Source of the DNA: Chara braunii
Lineage: Eukaryota; Plantae; Charophyceae
Length of the DNA: 64,000 nt
Reading direction: 5' to 3'
Assembly (NCBI GenBank): GCA_003427395.1
Contig: BFEA01000019.1
Coordinates: forward strand, 1,655,928 to 1,719,927
The stretch's first letter is position 1; each line of letters begins with the position of its first letter. Of this stretch, positions 11,710-26,023 are shown in pieces. The notes under the pieces are model-generated. The model did no database searches, was not told where the DNA came from, and saw only the letters and a list, made by a program, of their open reading frames with translations. Position numbers and translations under genes: made by a program.

Positions 11710-13756
11710 NNNNNNNNNNNNNNNNNNNNNNNNNNNNNNNNNNNNNNNNNNNNNNNNNNNNNNNNNNNNNNNNNNNNNNNNNNNNNNNNNNNNNNNNNNN
11801 NNNNNNNNNNNNNNNNNNNNNNNNNNNNNNNNNNNNNNCTCTACCCCCCCACCAAGTTGTTGACTCTGCTACATTCTAAAATTGTGCTACACTCCCAAGG
11901 GGTTTCTGCCTCAAGAAAGGAGGGCCCGAGGCAATGACAGGAAGTTGAGGCCCCAGGGCTGAGACCGGTGAGAAATGCGAGATGATGTGAAGGCTTGCTA
12001 GAGTGGCAAGGTGTTGGTCCTCTCAGCGAGAAGTACTGAAACCGATGTCTGATTCACACCCGATGGTCTAATGTTTCAAATTTCGATTACATTATTATAG
12101 TTTTTTTTTTTTTGGTTTGTTTGTTAACTTTGTTTTCAATTCAGTTATACTTTTGATTGGCGGGTTTGTGGAAATTTGATTATACATAATATTATTGGCA
12201 AAAAAATATTGCACAATTTGCGTTGCGTAGGGCATGGGACTCGTCACAATCCCGCAAGGGAAGAGAAAACATAGCATGTTCCAAAAGCGCTGTTGAGGTT
12301 TTTGCGTCGCTAGCTTGATAAATAAAATAAGATTGCCCAAGAATACAGTGTGAGCCCGCTGATGTTTACAGAGTTGAGCCTGTTCTGGCGAATTGGAGTC
12401 ACTTTCGGGTCAAAGCGTCCTACAGTTAACCCGTATTTTATATTATACTATATGTGGGGAAGCGCGCGAACGTACGCTGTTTGTTATACTTCCTGCCTGC
12501 CATTGAAACTAAATCGTAAGGTCCAAATCGGCGGATACTGACCGTACGGGAGTTGATTACCCATCTATTATTGATATTGATTGGGGCTCCGGTGCATTTG
12601 GATGTGTCCGACGTGGCATCTCTATTCTGCTTTGTGTTTACAGCGGCGGGGATGTCGTCAGCGATCCCTTTCCTCGCTAGCGATCTGAAGAATCATGATC
12701 TTAACACCAAATTGATGTGGGCTCGCAATGCAGCAGCCGAATATGGTAGCGATCATCATGGCCAATTTGTAGCGACTGCACGGGCGCTCAGTGGTCTTTT
12801 GCAATACGGCGACGATGACCGAGGGAACGGCTACAGCAGTCGGAGTTCGGACAAACGGAAGCCGCTGGTTATGAAGTCGATGAATAGCGAATATGCGAAC
12901 CAAGTGGCAGAGGAGGCTGAGTGCCCGAACCAAGCGCATAGCTGTACCAGTCGCTGGAGCCAGGAGTCGACTCTCCACCATCTACCAATCCTCCCAATGA
13001 ACATGAATGAGCTTGCACTGGTTGTGGCTGGGAAGCACACTCATTGGCTAACAGGTGAACCATGCTGACAATGTAGCGCCCGCTGCTATTCCATTAGGAA
13101 TTCAGTCAGTTGAAGTGAGAATCAAAGGTGTAGGTTATGGGAGGCTTTCGGCCTTACGCGGTTTTCCATACCATATATAGATTTAGATGTTTTTTTTTTT
13201 TTTTTTAAGATGTTTTGAATGGCCCGATCATCAAAAAAACATTTCTCTGCTGCTACAGTTTCCTCTGCTGCAATTTGCTCTGGGGCTGGTACCCCTCCGG
13301 CTTCCTCTGGCAGTGACAAACCCTTTGGTTTCATCAGGTGACTTGTCGACCCTGGTCTGCTGCTGGTACCCCTCCGGCTTCCTCTTAGTACCCGCGCAGA
13401 CAACATCGCAGTCTCCGTTGCTTTTTCGAATCAATGCTCGCATCGCTCATCACCAACCTTGCTCTATCTACTCCCCTGCTTTCCTCTCTTTTTGTGCTTG
13501 GCCGTGGAGTCGTGGACGGCTGCATAACGGTTTCATCAGGTGACCCGTCGACCTTGGTCTTTGTACCGGTGCAGACAACGTCGTAGGCTCCGTCACTTTT
13601 TCCATGCTCACATCGCCATCATCAACCCTTGCTCAATCAACTCCACTCCCCTGTTTTCCCTTCTTTTTGTGCTTGGGCATGGAGCTGCGGACGGCTGCAT
13701 TCCTCCTCGCCTTCTCAATCGCCCACCTCCACGGTCTCGTTTGCCAACAGACTCTC

Positions 13757-13822
13757 CTGTTCCCACTGTCCCACTGTCCCACTGTCCCACTCTCCCACTG
13801 TCCCACTGTCCCACTGTCCCAC
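13757..13822 (+). repeat. 8-bp tandem repeat (CTGTCCCA)n
   Basis: About 8 units. Confidence 0.95.
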
Positions 13823-13976
13823 ATTCCTCTCATGTTCCCACTGTCCCAAACCCATTGCCACAACCATGCTCATCTCATTTCCCACCCTAACAAACAATCA
13901 AACTCCTCTTCTTGCACATCGACGATGGCGTGCGATGCATTGTCGTGGCGAGCCTTGCACCTGACAGGTACAGTAA

Positions 13977-14064
<88 letters not shown>

Positions 14065-15931
14065 AAGAGGAAAGAAAAAACAAACCGTAGAAAAACAGGC
14101 AGAAGAAAGAACTGCACCGCAAAAAGGCAAAAATTCAAAATAACATTTCCATGATATACACAACAGCCCTAGTGTGAGTGAGTAGGCTCTCTTCCATGCT
14201 GTCTGCTCTTTTCTTCATTTGTTTGGCATATTGCACTTTTTTGAGTCTTTTCTTCATTTATTTTGTGAAGTGCACTTTTTTTCTTCATTTATTTTGCAAA
14301 GTGCACTTTTTGAGTTGATAAATCACTTAAAATCAGTGAGGATTTAGTATATATATATTTAATATATATATAAATAATATATTAATAATTTCATTATTTA
14401 ATATCATAACATGTGTTGTATTTGATGGGCCCATGTTGGGGTGATGGCCCAATGGTACAATGAATCATCTACTCTTTTCTTTTCTTTTCTTTTTAACCGC
14501 TTTTTTTTTTTTTCCAGGTGGGATGGTTAGTAAGCGCCATGGCTCAGGGAGGGAGTACTGAACTGTAATCGCATTTCCTTGATGTACCTGGACAGGAGTA
14601 TGTCTACATTCCGGCTCAGAAAAGGTTGCCTAAGTTGTGACGGTGCTTTTTTTTGTGGGGGGGGGGTTCAAATTTTGATTCCTGCTTTGGATGGATTTGA
14701 TCTCTCGATCTGTCCGTCGTTTCGACTTGTTTGTCTGTTTGCTATCGGCCCCACTCATCTCTGCACATCGCAGACGAGAATGCGAAGGTCAAGCAGTTTC
14801 TCAGAATGGACAGTCCGCTGTTCGCCGAAGATGGCGAGTGCGACTCCGCGGAAACAGATGAGAGTTCTTCGATCGCCATGCGTCCTCTTCGCGCCGCGGA
14901 CAACAAAGCGGTGTTGACGACGACAACAACGCTACCCTGCGAGCCTGGCAATCCAAGACAAAACCCCCTCGCGTGCAGTCCGTTGAGCGATCGAAGGTGT
15001 TCGAACGAGAGCTTGATGTGCGCTCTGGCAAATGAGAGTCTGGCAAGAGTTCTGACGAGCGACGGTCTGATCGTGGGGCAACGTCGAGGCCAGTCGCCGC
15101 TACAGGACCCATCTATGACCATTGCAAGCATTCTGATGAACAGGGGTCTTGCTGCACACCCCGCCTCCGTTTGCGGCCCAGACGTCAGTGCCTTCTTGAC
15201 CAAGAGTCCTCCAACTGCCAGTGCCAATCCCCAATGCCAGCTGCGTAAGGGACAGGAAAAGCGGCGTGAGCAGCAGAGGCCCTGTGAGCGGCACGAGCAG
15301 CGAATCGACATCGCGGCACCATGCAGATCTCAGATCGAGTCCGGACAACTGAATGCAGGTGGGTCATCGAAGTCCTGACTTCCGATATTCGGGTGAAGAC
15401 GGTAGTACATGGCCCCAGCCTTGTGGAGAATTGTTCGTTACCTACTCCGAAAAAGTTGGACCCTGCGCGCCGTCGATAAGATAAATCTGCGGCCGGCATT
15501 GCGTTACGGCCCTCTGAAACACGCCCGCGGCCGATGTATGGCATGTACCGGTGGCTTAAATGGTTTAAACTTTAAACCACCAATACGTCCAAGCCTTTTT
15601 TTTTTTTCTTTTTTTTTTTCCCAGGTGGCGGATGCATGCCCCGCGCCAAGTTGAAGACGAACGCGCATGGCTCTCTTCTCTTTTTTTCGCCCTTCTTTTT
15701 GGCCGGCGCACCGCCACCAGCCAAAGAGGTTTGGGAAGTCGAGCGCGCAGAGAATGCGGTGGTCTACAAGGTCGTCGCGAAAGTTTCCCTGCGAAAGGTA
15801 GTGGTGGCTTAAACCTCGCGCAGTGCAAACTTGTCAAAGTTGCAAACCTCTTTGGCGGGTGGCGATGAGGCCCAGGCGAAAAAATCGTGCAGTGCAAACG
15901 TATGTCCGAAAAGCGCAGGGGATCAGGGCTA

Positions 15932-16037
15932 CCGTCTTCCCCCCAAACACAACGCACCCTGTTAACGAATGTAAACAAGCTATGTTTCCGGTCAAGTACA
16001 GACAAAGTCAGGGTGTGTTGTGTTCGGGGGAAGACGG
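15932..16037. mobile_element. Tc1/mariner-type MITE (TA target, CCGT termini)
   Basis: TA|CCGTCTTCCCCCCAAACACAACGCACCCTG ... CAGGGTGTGTTGTGTTCGGGGGAAGACGG|TA; ~30-bp TIRs. Confidence 0.75.
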
Positions 16038-16979
16038 TAGTTTGGAGCAAAACGGGTGGTGCGACCAGTCAAAAAGAAGGAAAAGGGCGCCCGGGGCCCA
16101 CACCAATTCGCTTTTTGTGGCTTGCAGCACCGTGGAGCCTCCGATGTAGCTGTGGTTTAAGCAATCTACAATAAATAAATAGTTAAATAAGTAATCATTC
16201 ATTTGTTTTTCGTTGTCGATGTTGTCGGCTTTGTTGATGGGCTTTTTTGACGTTTTTTTTGTTGGCTTCAACCATTTTAAGACATCTCCCACGTCTCGGA
16301 AAAATGACTACATGCGTGTATCACAACTTCAACTCTCACTGCAGGAGCTCCTCCTACCTCCCAGGTGTATCCCTTATGGACCCCTCATTTTGCTACCCAT
16401 GGTTTGTGAACCTATGGCAAAATGTAATAAGCCCCATGGCAAGGGGTTCCCGCCATATTGACCCCTCCTTATTTATCTTTCCTGCGCTTAGTAAGGGGTC
16501 ATATCAAAAAGTTTTTTTTTTTTTTTTCCTTTTTTTATTCAAACGGTCGGTAGGGACAATAGGCCAAAAGGTTTGAAAATGTTTATTTTTGTCACACTTT
16601 TCGCTAGGTTTTAGAACGGGCTCTTTTTTCTCTGCACTTTCCTAAAAATATGTTCTCTCTTGTCGTGTTGGTTCAGGGTCTATGTTGCCGCTGGAGGTTC
16701 TTGGGCCTCCCATCAGCTATGGTGATCCTGCTCCACTTCAAGTCCTCGAGAAGAACTACAAGAGCTGTGAAGACACCATAGCCACCAGCTTGACGATGGA
16801 TCGCATCCCTTCCGCAGGGGCTCATCAGTCGACACGTGCGTCATCGGGTAATGAGAGCGGTCAAGAATCGATTATCAGCACCACCTCCTTGTCTCCCTTC
16901 AGTGTTATTGATGACGATCCAACATGCATCGAGGGCCGGACAACGCTACAGGTAACAAGTACCGAAGTTCTTCATCACC

Positions 16980-17835
16980 TCCAAAGTTCCCAAGTTCCAA
17001 AGTTCCAAAGTTCCAAAGCTCCCAAGGTCCCAAGGTCCCAAGTTCCCAACTTCCCAACTTCCTTCACAAGTTCCAAAGTTCCAAAGTTCCAAACTTCCAA
17101 ACTTCCAAACTTCCAAACTTCCTTCACAAGTTCCAAAGTTCCAGAGTTCCAAAGTTCCCAACTTCCTTCACAAGTTCCAAAGTTCCAGAGTTCCAAAGTT
17201 CCCAACTTCCTTCACAAGTTCCAAAGTTCCAAAGTTCCAAGTCCCAAGTTCCAAGTTTCTGAGTTCCATTGCTTCCCAAATTCCATATTCCAAATTCCCA
17301 AGCCCCTTCCTAAGTCCGTTCCCAAGTTCCCAAGCTCCTTCCCAGTTCGCTATTTCCCAGTTCGCTATTTCCCAATACCTTATCCAAGTTCCCAAGCTCC
17401 TCCTCACCAAGTCTCAAAGCTCCTCCTCAAGTTCCCAGTTTCCAAAGTTCCAGGTTTCCCAAGCTTCCGAGCCCCTTCTCGAGTTCCCAATTTATTTCCA
17501 AGTTCGTTCCCGAGTTCCCAAATTCCCAAATTCCCAAATTCCCAAATTCCCAAATTCCCAAGTTTCTGTGCTTCTTCCTAAATTCCCTAACTCGGAATAG
17601 TAATTCGGACTAATTCCCAAAATTCCCAAAATTCCCAAAATTCCCAAATTCCCAAATTCCCAAAATTCCCAAAATTCCCAAATTTCCAAGTTCCCACGCT
17701 GTCCTTCCCAAGTTCCCAAGTTCCTTCCTTCCTTCCCGTGTTCCAGGTTCCCAGTTTCCCAAGGTCCTTCCCATTGTCCCAAGTTCCGGGTCGCCCAAGT
17801 TCCCAATGAATTTCCTGAGTTCCAAGTCCCCAAGT
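16980..17835 (+). repeat. Degenerate 8-9-bp satellite (TTCCAAAG / TTCCCAAG / TTCCCAAA)
   Basis: ~850 bp of the motif. The ORFs over it are repeat artefacts. Confidence 0.95.
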
Positions 17836-18169
17836 TCATACCACCCACCCGTGCCGGAAAGTGTGGCAGGCATCATCAACGGCAATGATGATGGAAAGTG
17901 ACGAGGTTGCTCGGGCGCCGCAGGTTACCAAAGCCCAAAGCTGAGCATCTTCAATCGTGAGCCGTACTCAGACCGAGCACCTTTTGTTTTGGATTGATGG
18001 GACTGTGTTTTATGGCCAGTGTTAGTCCCGAAAGTGCTAGAGTGAGTATGAGGAGAGCTAAAATGGTCTCTGGCCAGTCTGCATGCATGAATGTTGTGAC
18101 ATGTATGCAACACCTTTCCGTACGTTGATTGCAACAGACCGTGAGCGTTCTGTTGTTCTTCGTGTCATC

Positions 18170-18360
18170 ATCACTGTTGTTGTTGCTGCCGACACTGTCA
18201 TGGTTACTATGCTTGTTGTCGTTGTCGCTGTCGTTGTCGTTGTCGTTGTCTTTGTCGTTGTTGTTTTCGTTGTTGTTGTTGCTGCTGTCGTCGTTGTTGT
18301 CGTGGTCGCCATCGTTGTCGTTGTTGTCGTCATTGTCGTCGTTGTCATCGTTGTTGTCAT

Positions 18361-18393
<33 letters not shown>

Positions 18394-18485
18394 CGTTGTC
18401 GTTGTCGTTGATGTTGTTCTTGTCGTGGCCGTGGTCGTGGTTTTGGTTGTGGTGGTGGTGGTGGTGGTGGTTATGATACTTGCGG

Positions 18486-18517
<32 letters not shown>

Positions 18518-18530
18518 GATGATGATCGTG
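18170..18530 (+). repeat. (GTT/GTC/GTG)n trinucleotide tract; long (GA)n tracts elsewhere (13982, 19806, 22008, 23170, 25816, 38126)
   Basis: Directly visible. Confidence 0.95.
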
Positions 18531-19803
18531 ATGGTTGGTTTGGTCAGATAGGCATCATCGAACAGAGCATCATTTCTCTTACGGTTTTTTTTGCAGATGA
18601 GACGTATTGGGAGCATCTGTTGTGAAAGCCTTACAGATAAAATTCTATAGTAGGAGGGAGTTAGAATATAGAACTTTCTATTAGAATATAAAAATACTAT
18701 ATATTCTATATAGTATAGACTATATATACTATGTCATATTCTATATAGTATAGACTATATATACTATGTACTAGTATGTAGTATATAGTATATAATATTA
18801 TACATACATGTATGATGGATATATATTATATATTCTGCATATACATATAGACTTCAATTTATATTATATACAGAAACGTCGTAAAGTCAAAATTTCAAGT
18901 CACCGACAATACAGAAACGGCGTGCGTTTTGTACTCTGATAGTCGACAGTTTCTCCATAAAAATATATATATATATATATATAAAGTATTATAAACCAAT
19001 GAATGTGAACAAGAGGGCATTGGAGTTTTGCTTATTTTTCTTGTTGTTGTTTCTTGATTTTTCTTAATGTCTGATGTGAAGCTTGTGTGTTGCAGACAGT
19101 TCTCCAGCATTGGGAGAGCCTTAAAGATAAGCATATTTCATGACTGAATGCTAGCATTGCTAGAATATTATGAATTTTTGAATAAAATTTCATATCAGAG
19201 AGACTGTCAACAGTGTCAGGAGTCAGTGAGGACCCTGGCCTCAGAAAAAAAAATTAAAAATCTTTGAAATTTGAAATCAGAATTGCAAATTTCTCCAAAA
19301 AAAAGAAAAAAAGTTTCAAAAAAAAAGAAAAACTTATTTTGTGAACAATACTTACCGTGCACAACGCGCAGGATATAAACCGACACATCCAAAACAAGCG
19401 GAAGTTTGATGCCATGTTTCCGCAGAAGGATGCGGAGGAGTGCAGTGTGACGGAATCGGCGGCAGCGGCTGCGAAGATGGCGCGGTCCTTATCCATGGAA
19501 TCTATAAGAAGCGTGCAGCCGTCGATCGCCCAGACGCAGAATCGGGAGGAAATCGCAACAGTTAGCATGCCTCGATCTCTCTCGTTAGGGAATGGGGCGG
19601 TGCAGGAGCAAAACCAGGGTAATACACTCAGCGGTGGAATCATCAACTGCAGCAGCAGCGGGAGCAATAGCACCAATGGAGGCCTCCTTTCCAAAAATGG
19701 AAGCTTCCATTCCAAAAGTGGAAAGGTTGTTGTGAGGGTAACAAAGCTGCTAAAGACTAGGGAGAGTGGAAGTGTGACTTTGAGGAGGACTTCTCTATAG
19801 CAA

Positions 19804-19863
<60 letters not shown>

Positions 19864-19927
19864 GAAACTTCCATTCTGCTTCTTCTTCTCTTCCACATCC
19901 TCCTCATCTTCATGTTATTCTTATTTT

Positions 19928-19985
<58 letters not shown>

Positions 19986-22004
19986 GGCGATGGGAGAAGG
20001 AGTTGAGAAGGAGGTGGTGGCGGAGAGGAGAAGTAGAGGGAGGGGGGGGGAGAAGGTGGTGGTAGGGAGAAGAGAAGAGGGAGAGAAACCAAGCCAAACA
20101 GTTCTCTTTTTCTTAAATCTCCACGAAAGGAAAAGTGCCCAGCCTCTATGTGAGTTATTTTTAGCACTTAGAATTGAGAAGAGTGAGGCTGGGGTACCAT
20201 ATAACCATATTTACTTATGCAAATTATACTACTTAGTATTTATGCTAAAAATGGTACTCCCAAGAAGTGACGGCAACACAGAAAGTGGTGTGTTTTCGTC
20301 TCTGAGGAATACCAACCCCCTACCAACCCCTATCAATCCCCTATCAATCCCCTATGTTATGATTCTGGTTGTCTGTTGTCTGAAGACCAACACTCACTCA
20401 CAGAGACTTCCAGGTATGCCCATACATACACAGAAGGAAGGGGAAAGGATAGGAGTATCACACCGCACAGGGAGAGATAACACAGCGGTAGACTTGACCA
20501 CTGCCATTTTCCTGACAAAGATATTCTCTGTTAGTCAGGACTCAGTAGTGTTTTTTTTTGGAGGATCTTTGAGAATCTTGGAGGATCTTTGAGAATCTTG
20601 GAGGATCTTTCGGAATCTTGGAGGATCTTTCAGAATCTTTCTTCAACATCCTTCCCTTTTTGGAAACTTGTAGTTTTCATTACTTATTTGACGAGGATAT
20701 ACTGTCATCGCTCACAGGAAGTAGGTATATTTGGGGTCAGGTTACTTTTTAGAATTATTCTGAAGATGATTTTTACACTAACTTTTATTATTTTATATCA
20801 TTTTGAGTATCATTTTGAGTATCATTTTGAGGATTTATTCCTCAATGAGTTAACCTCTTAGACAGCAGACTCATACAGTTGGTCATTCCACAGGGTTAGT
20901 TGCTTTCTGGCCTCTCTCTCCCTTTGTCATTTTACCATAGAGTAGGCAGAGGGACCATGACAGGACCACAGGAGTTGGTCATTCCACAGGAGGTTTCCAT
21001 TACTTGTTTGAACTTTGAAGTTGTTTTCTCTTCTTACCTTTTTAGGAATATATATGGTGCTCATGATGGTGATTGGAAATAACAGGTGGGGAGCAATCAT
21101 TGCATGTCTTCAGATCTCTTGTAGAGATTGCTGACTGATACTTAGCGTGACAAAGTGGCTGGCACACAGACAAACAGACCGACAAGAAGTCAGCCAGGCA
21201 GCCAGCCAAGCAAACAGTGAGAGAAAGACAGTTAAATAGGGTTTAGCGGCTTCAGCGGCTTCAACGGCTTCAGCGGCTTCAGTGGCTTCAGTGGCTTCAG
21301 GGGCTTCAGCCTCCTCATTGATGAGTTCGTTGGCCGATGTCCCAGCAAAACAGTCTGTTTCAGCTCCCCGGTTCTTTTGTCGCTTTGTCCCTTTCTGCCT
21401 TCCTTCGGTTCACCAGGCAGTTCTCTATGACTATAAATGGATTATACAGTGGGTGAAAGGAGTATAGATAAAGTGGACAAAAGGCATATAGATAGATTAA
21501 AGTGGATGAAAGGTGTAAGGAACGCCCATCGTTTCAAATGATAGACTTGAAGCTGAGTTTTTTGGTCTGTCATTTTTGGCGATAGAAAGTCGGCCCATTT
21601 TTTAGTATAGAGGTTTGCGGTCTGCATAGGCAACGACAGTTGTTGTTGGTGTATCGGAGAGCTGGGCTGGGGGTAAGAGCGCAAGGTGCACATGAGCAGG
21701 ACTGGCGGAAAGGAAACGGTACATCTCGCTGCACGAGTCATGTCCCTGCCGGAGAGAGAATCCCCTCCCTTTTTCAGCTCTGCGCTATGGCAGAAAGACT
21801 TCAGCAAGCCTGGCGGAGTAGGAACAGTCTAGCAGATAGACTTGCTTGGTCATGTTGCAAGCGCGTCTGAACTGTGGTGGAGAAAGGGTGAAGAGATGGA
21901 GAGAGAGAGAAAGGGAGAGGGAGGGTGGGAAAGAGAAAGGGCAGGCTATCGACTGACAACATGAGCTTTAGCACCATCATCTCTCTGCTATGCCACACAC
22001 ACAC

Positions 22005-22092
<88 letters not shown>

Positions 22093-22416
22093 NNNNNNNN
22101 NNNNNNNNNNNNNNNNNNNNNNNNNNNNNNNNNNNNNNNNNNNNNNNNNNNNNNNNNNNNNNNNNNNNNNNNNNNNNNNNNNNNNNNNNNNNNNNNNNNN
22201 NNNNNNNNNNNNNNNNNNNNNNNNNNNNNNNNNNNNNNNNNNNNNNNNNNNNNNNNNNNNNNNNNNNNNNNNNNNNNNNNNNNNNNNNNNNNNNNNNNNN
22301 NNNNNNNNNNNNNNNNNNNNNNNNNNNNNNNNNNNNNNNNNNNNNNNNNNNNNNNNNNNNNNNNNNNNNNNNNNNNNNNNNNNNNNNNNNNNNNNNNNNN
22401 NNNNNNNNNNNNNNNN

Positions 22417-22497
<81 letters not shown>

Positions 22498-22986
22498 TCC
22501 TCTTGTGTAACAATACTGTACATTCTCCATTCAATGGAGTTGTAATCGTCGTGACATTCTATTCGTTTCATTTGTATCGTCGTGACATCCGCAGCAGCAG
22601 TTGTTATCCCCGCATTGTGTCGAGTACCGAGTACTTGTACCTACTGGCTTGGCAGTACAAAGTACTCAGACTGACAGTACATGCGTAGTATGACATAGTA
22701 CACACGTCGTCCGTAGTCGCTATTCCTTCGTAACTTACTTCTCCTATCAGACTGGCAGATCAGTGACTTCTGAGCGTCACCTCTTGTGTGTGAACACTGT
22801 GAAGTAATTGCTTCACTTATTATCAGACCGACAGACGATTGCCATTGCCAGTTCAAACAGTCCAACCGGCGCTTGTGCTCGTAATGGTTTGAAGTGAGAG
22901 CTTGACACTCTATTTATCATTTATGTACGTAGTGATGAGAAATTTGAGAGCGACGGACGGATACCGCTGGGGATTCTATAGCAGTC

Positions 22987-23026
<40 letters not shown>

Positions 23027-23167
23027 TTGGTGCACATTGCTTTGACAAAACAAGACGACTCAATCGGATGGTGTCCGGAGTGTTTGTCGAAATTGTTTGG
23101 CACATGCCAGCATAGGCAGCGCCCCCACCTATTCATTGCCTGGACGGCAGCTAGCAGAAAGGTAGAG

Positions 23168-23242
<75 letters not shown>

Positions 23243-23690
23243 TCAGAAGAGGGTGGGGGCATTGTTGAGGACTGTGGGCTACCAGATTGAGAATTGTCTA
23301 AGCGTCACACAGCATAGGCGGATGTGCCGGACGTGCCACTGTTTGATCGCCGAAAAAAATGAGATGACCCCGATGCTCTGCAGAGAGTCCAAGGAGTCGG
23401 TTGGGGCATGCCAGCATAGGAATCGGTGCACCGCTTGCCTCGTCTTCTTCTGGACTGGGGTTAACATCAATCACAAAGGGAGAGAGAGGAAGGAGGAGTC
23501 AAAAGAGAGAGCGGCGGCCATTATTGAAGACTGTGGCTAGCAGATTGAGTGAGAATTGGCTGAGCATGGCAGCCTAGGCGGGGCGGATACCTTTGCGGTA
23601 TCCGCCCCGCCCCTACGCTTCCATCCAGGCTGTTTGTTATTTCAGCTTAGAGCTATCAGAAACGCCGCAAGATGGAACGGACCACCTCCA

Positions 23691-23820
23691 CCTTTTTTGT
23701 TGTTGTCTCATAAAAAAGGGCACAGAAAACCTCTTGCGGCGTTCGAGGCCTGTGATTGGTCCGAAGGAAGCTCAAGAGGTTTTCTGTGCCCTTTTTTTTA
23801 TGAGACAACAACAAAAAAGG
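23691..23820. repeat. Long hairpin, ~46-bp arms
   Basis: CCTTTTTTGTTGTTGTCTCATAAAAAAGGGCACAGAAAACCTCTTG is inverted at 23773-23820, with only a homopolymer length difference. Confidence 0.9.
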
Positions 23821-25813
23821 CATTGTAAACGGACAGTCGAACAAGGCAAGGGGGAGCGTAATGAGAAATGGATGGAGAGGGAAAGGGGAGAAGGAGGGAG
23901 GGAGGGAGGGAGGGAGGGAGGGAGAAAGGAAGAAGAGAAGAGGAGAGGGAGGGACGAAGGCTGGAAGTCAGGTAAGGCTGTAGAGATGGAGGCAGGGGGA
24001 GAGAGGCAGGGAGGGAGAGAGGTGGTAGGGAGAGAGGTAGGGAGAGAGGCCAAGGAAGTCGATGTAGGGTCAGTGTGTACAGTGGAGGTGGCTCATGGAG
24101 ACCTGAGATGGGACATCAGCTTTGTGTTTTCCTGCTGATGACGACCTAGTTATGTAGTCCTGTTCAGACTTTTGTGTATGTGCACAATGTTGAGTTCTGC
24201 TCCTAATGTTCTTCTTGGAGCGTATCTGGTCATCATCGCGATCAAGTTCGGTGTTGGCATGTGAGTGTGTGTGTTTCACTCCCTCTCGCCCCTCCTCTGG
24301 CCATTCCCTCTCACTTCTTTTCCTCCTACTCCCTCTCACTCCTCACTCCCCCCCCCTCTCACTCACTCTCTTCTCCTCCTCCTCCTCCTCCTCTCACTCC
24401 CTCTCACTCCCTCTCTCCTCCTCCTCCTCCTCCTCCTCCTCTCACACCCTCTCTTGTGACAGTCCTCCGCTCACTCCCTCTCTTCTCCTCCTCCTCTCAC
24501 TCCCTCTCTCCCCCTCCTCCTCCTCCTCCTCTCACACCCTCTCTTGTGACAGTCCTCCTCCTTCTCCTCCTCCTCTCACACCCTTTCTTGTGACAGTCCT
24601 CCTCCGCTCACTCCCTCTCTCCTCCTCCTCCACTTCTCCAACCCAGTGCTCGTAATTGTACACCTGCTCAGTGCTTTCCATGTGATGTCGATTGTCAATG
24701 GAGGCCAATCATCACAAGTGCCAGTAGAGTGGGAACCCGTGGAAGACAAACTGCCCTGATGCTACCGTATGACGATTGGACAATGGACATATGCCCCGTC
24801 TTCCTTGCATCCATATCTTCCTAGCAATGAGACGGAGGATGCCAGCTCGTTTGGATAGCTGAGAGGTTTAGACCCGCACCTGGTACACACCTACCTGACT
24901 TGTCAGTACCTGGTTTATAAACCTGTGCCTGGTGGGTCCTGGAGGGTGCCAATTTTCTATGTGGGAAGAGATAAGAGCCAAACCATGGCCAGATTCTGAT
25001 CTGATCAGGACCAGCTACGACGTTATATCAGATGCAGGTGAGGACAGAATTGTGGCCACATACATCCAGGTATGGCTGTAAATGCAGTCAGATACATTTG
25101 AGATACCGCTAGTGTGAGCAGGATTCTACGTTCTGTAACACATTGTTGAGATTTTTTAGTATGCTATGTATTACCTGGCTGGCTGGGATCCGAATTTTGT
25201 TTTTGTTTTTATTTTTTGGGGATGGGCAGGGCGAATTTTGGGGGGCGGCGGGAGGAGGGGAGGAGGGAGAGAGGGGGGAGCGGGGTGTAAGGGGAGTTTG
25301 GTCCTCAGGTTTCGTACACGTTGTTGTCAAACTTCCTCTGCCAACCGCACCTCTCGGCCCCCCCCCCCCCCTTGTGCCCCCCCCCCCCCTTCATGCCGTC
25401 CCTCCCTTTCCCCATCCCCTTCTCCCCGTCTGCTAAGCTCTTCTCTCCCACGTACGGCACCTCCTCCTTCGCACCCTCTGATTGGAATGATCCGTCCGTG
25501 TCCCAGGCAGGTCAGGCCAGTTGGTACCATTTGGTGGGTACGTAGCAGGGCAGCAAGACCCTGGGGTGACCCACTTGGTGCCACTTGGGCCAGGGCCTTG
25601 TGGGATCCTTGCGGCTGTTACGCAGATGAAGTAAAAAAAAAAAAAAAAAAAAAGTGAAAGGGGTGGGGTACAAAGGTAGTAATGAATGGAGAGGGCGGAA
25701 GGGTGGGGGGACCGGACATATTTTAAAAAATAGGCCAACTCAGCCCAGAAGCGGAAAATAATATGTAAAACACACATGGTGCGTTGGTGGAGATTTCACA
25801 ATCCCCTGATGGG

Positions 25814-25875
<62 letters not shown>

Positions 25876-25966
25876 GGGTGAGGAAAGCAGGAAGATCTTC
25901 TTAGAACTTTTGCCCGTGTCAATGCTGGTCCATGGCTCAAGAGGAGAGGTCCAGGCTTCTCCGGGC

Positions 25967-26023
<57 letters not shown>

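Noticed and set aside
12553-15378. ORFs 12553-13068 and 14731-15378 as host gene exons
   Set aside because: No motifs or consistent splice structure could be established by eye.
16682-17581. 299-aa ORF
   Set aside because: Mostly a translation of an 8-9-bp satellite; no recognisable domain.
17951-18625. Poly-N/D/H, poly-V and poly-T ORFs
   Set aside because: Trinucleotide microsatellite that is open in several frames.
19356-19800. Possible exon (minus-strand AG...GTAAGT) or 147-aa plus-strand ORF
   Set aside because: No recognisable homology, and no partner exons I can support.
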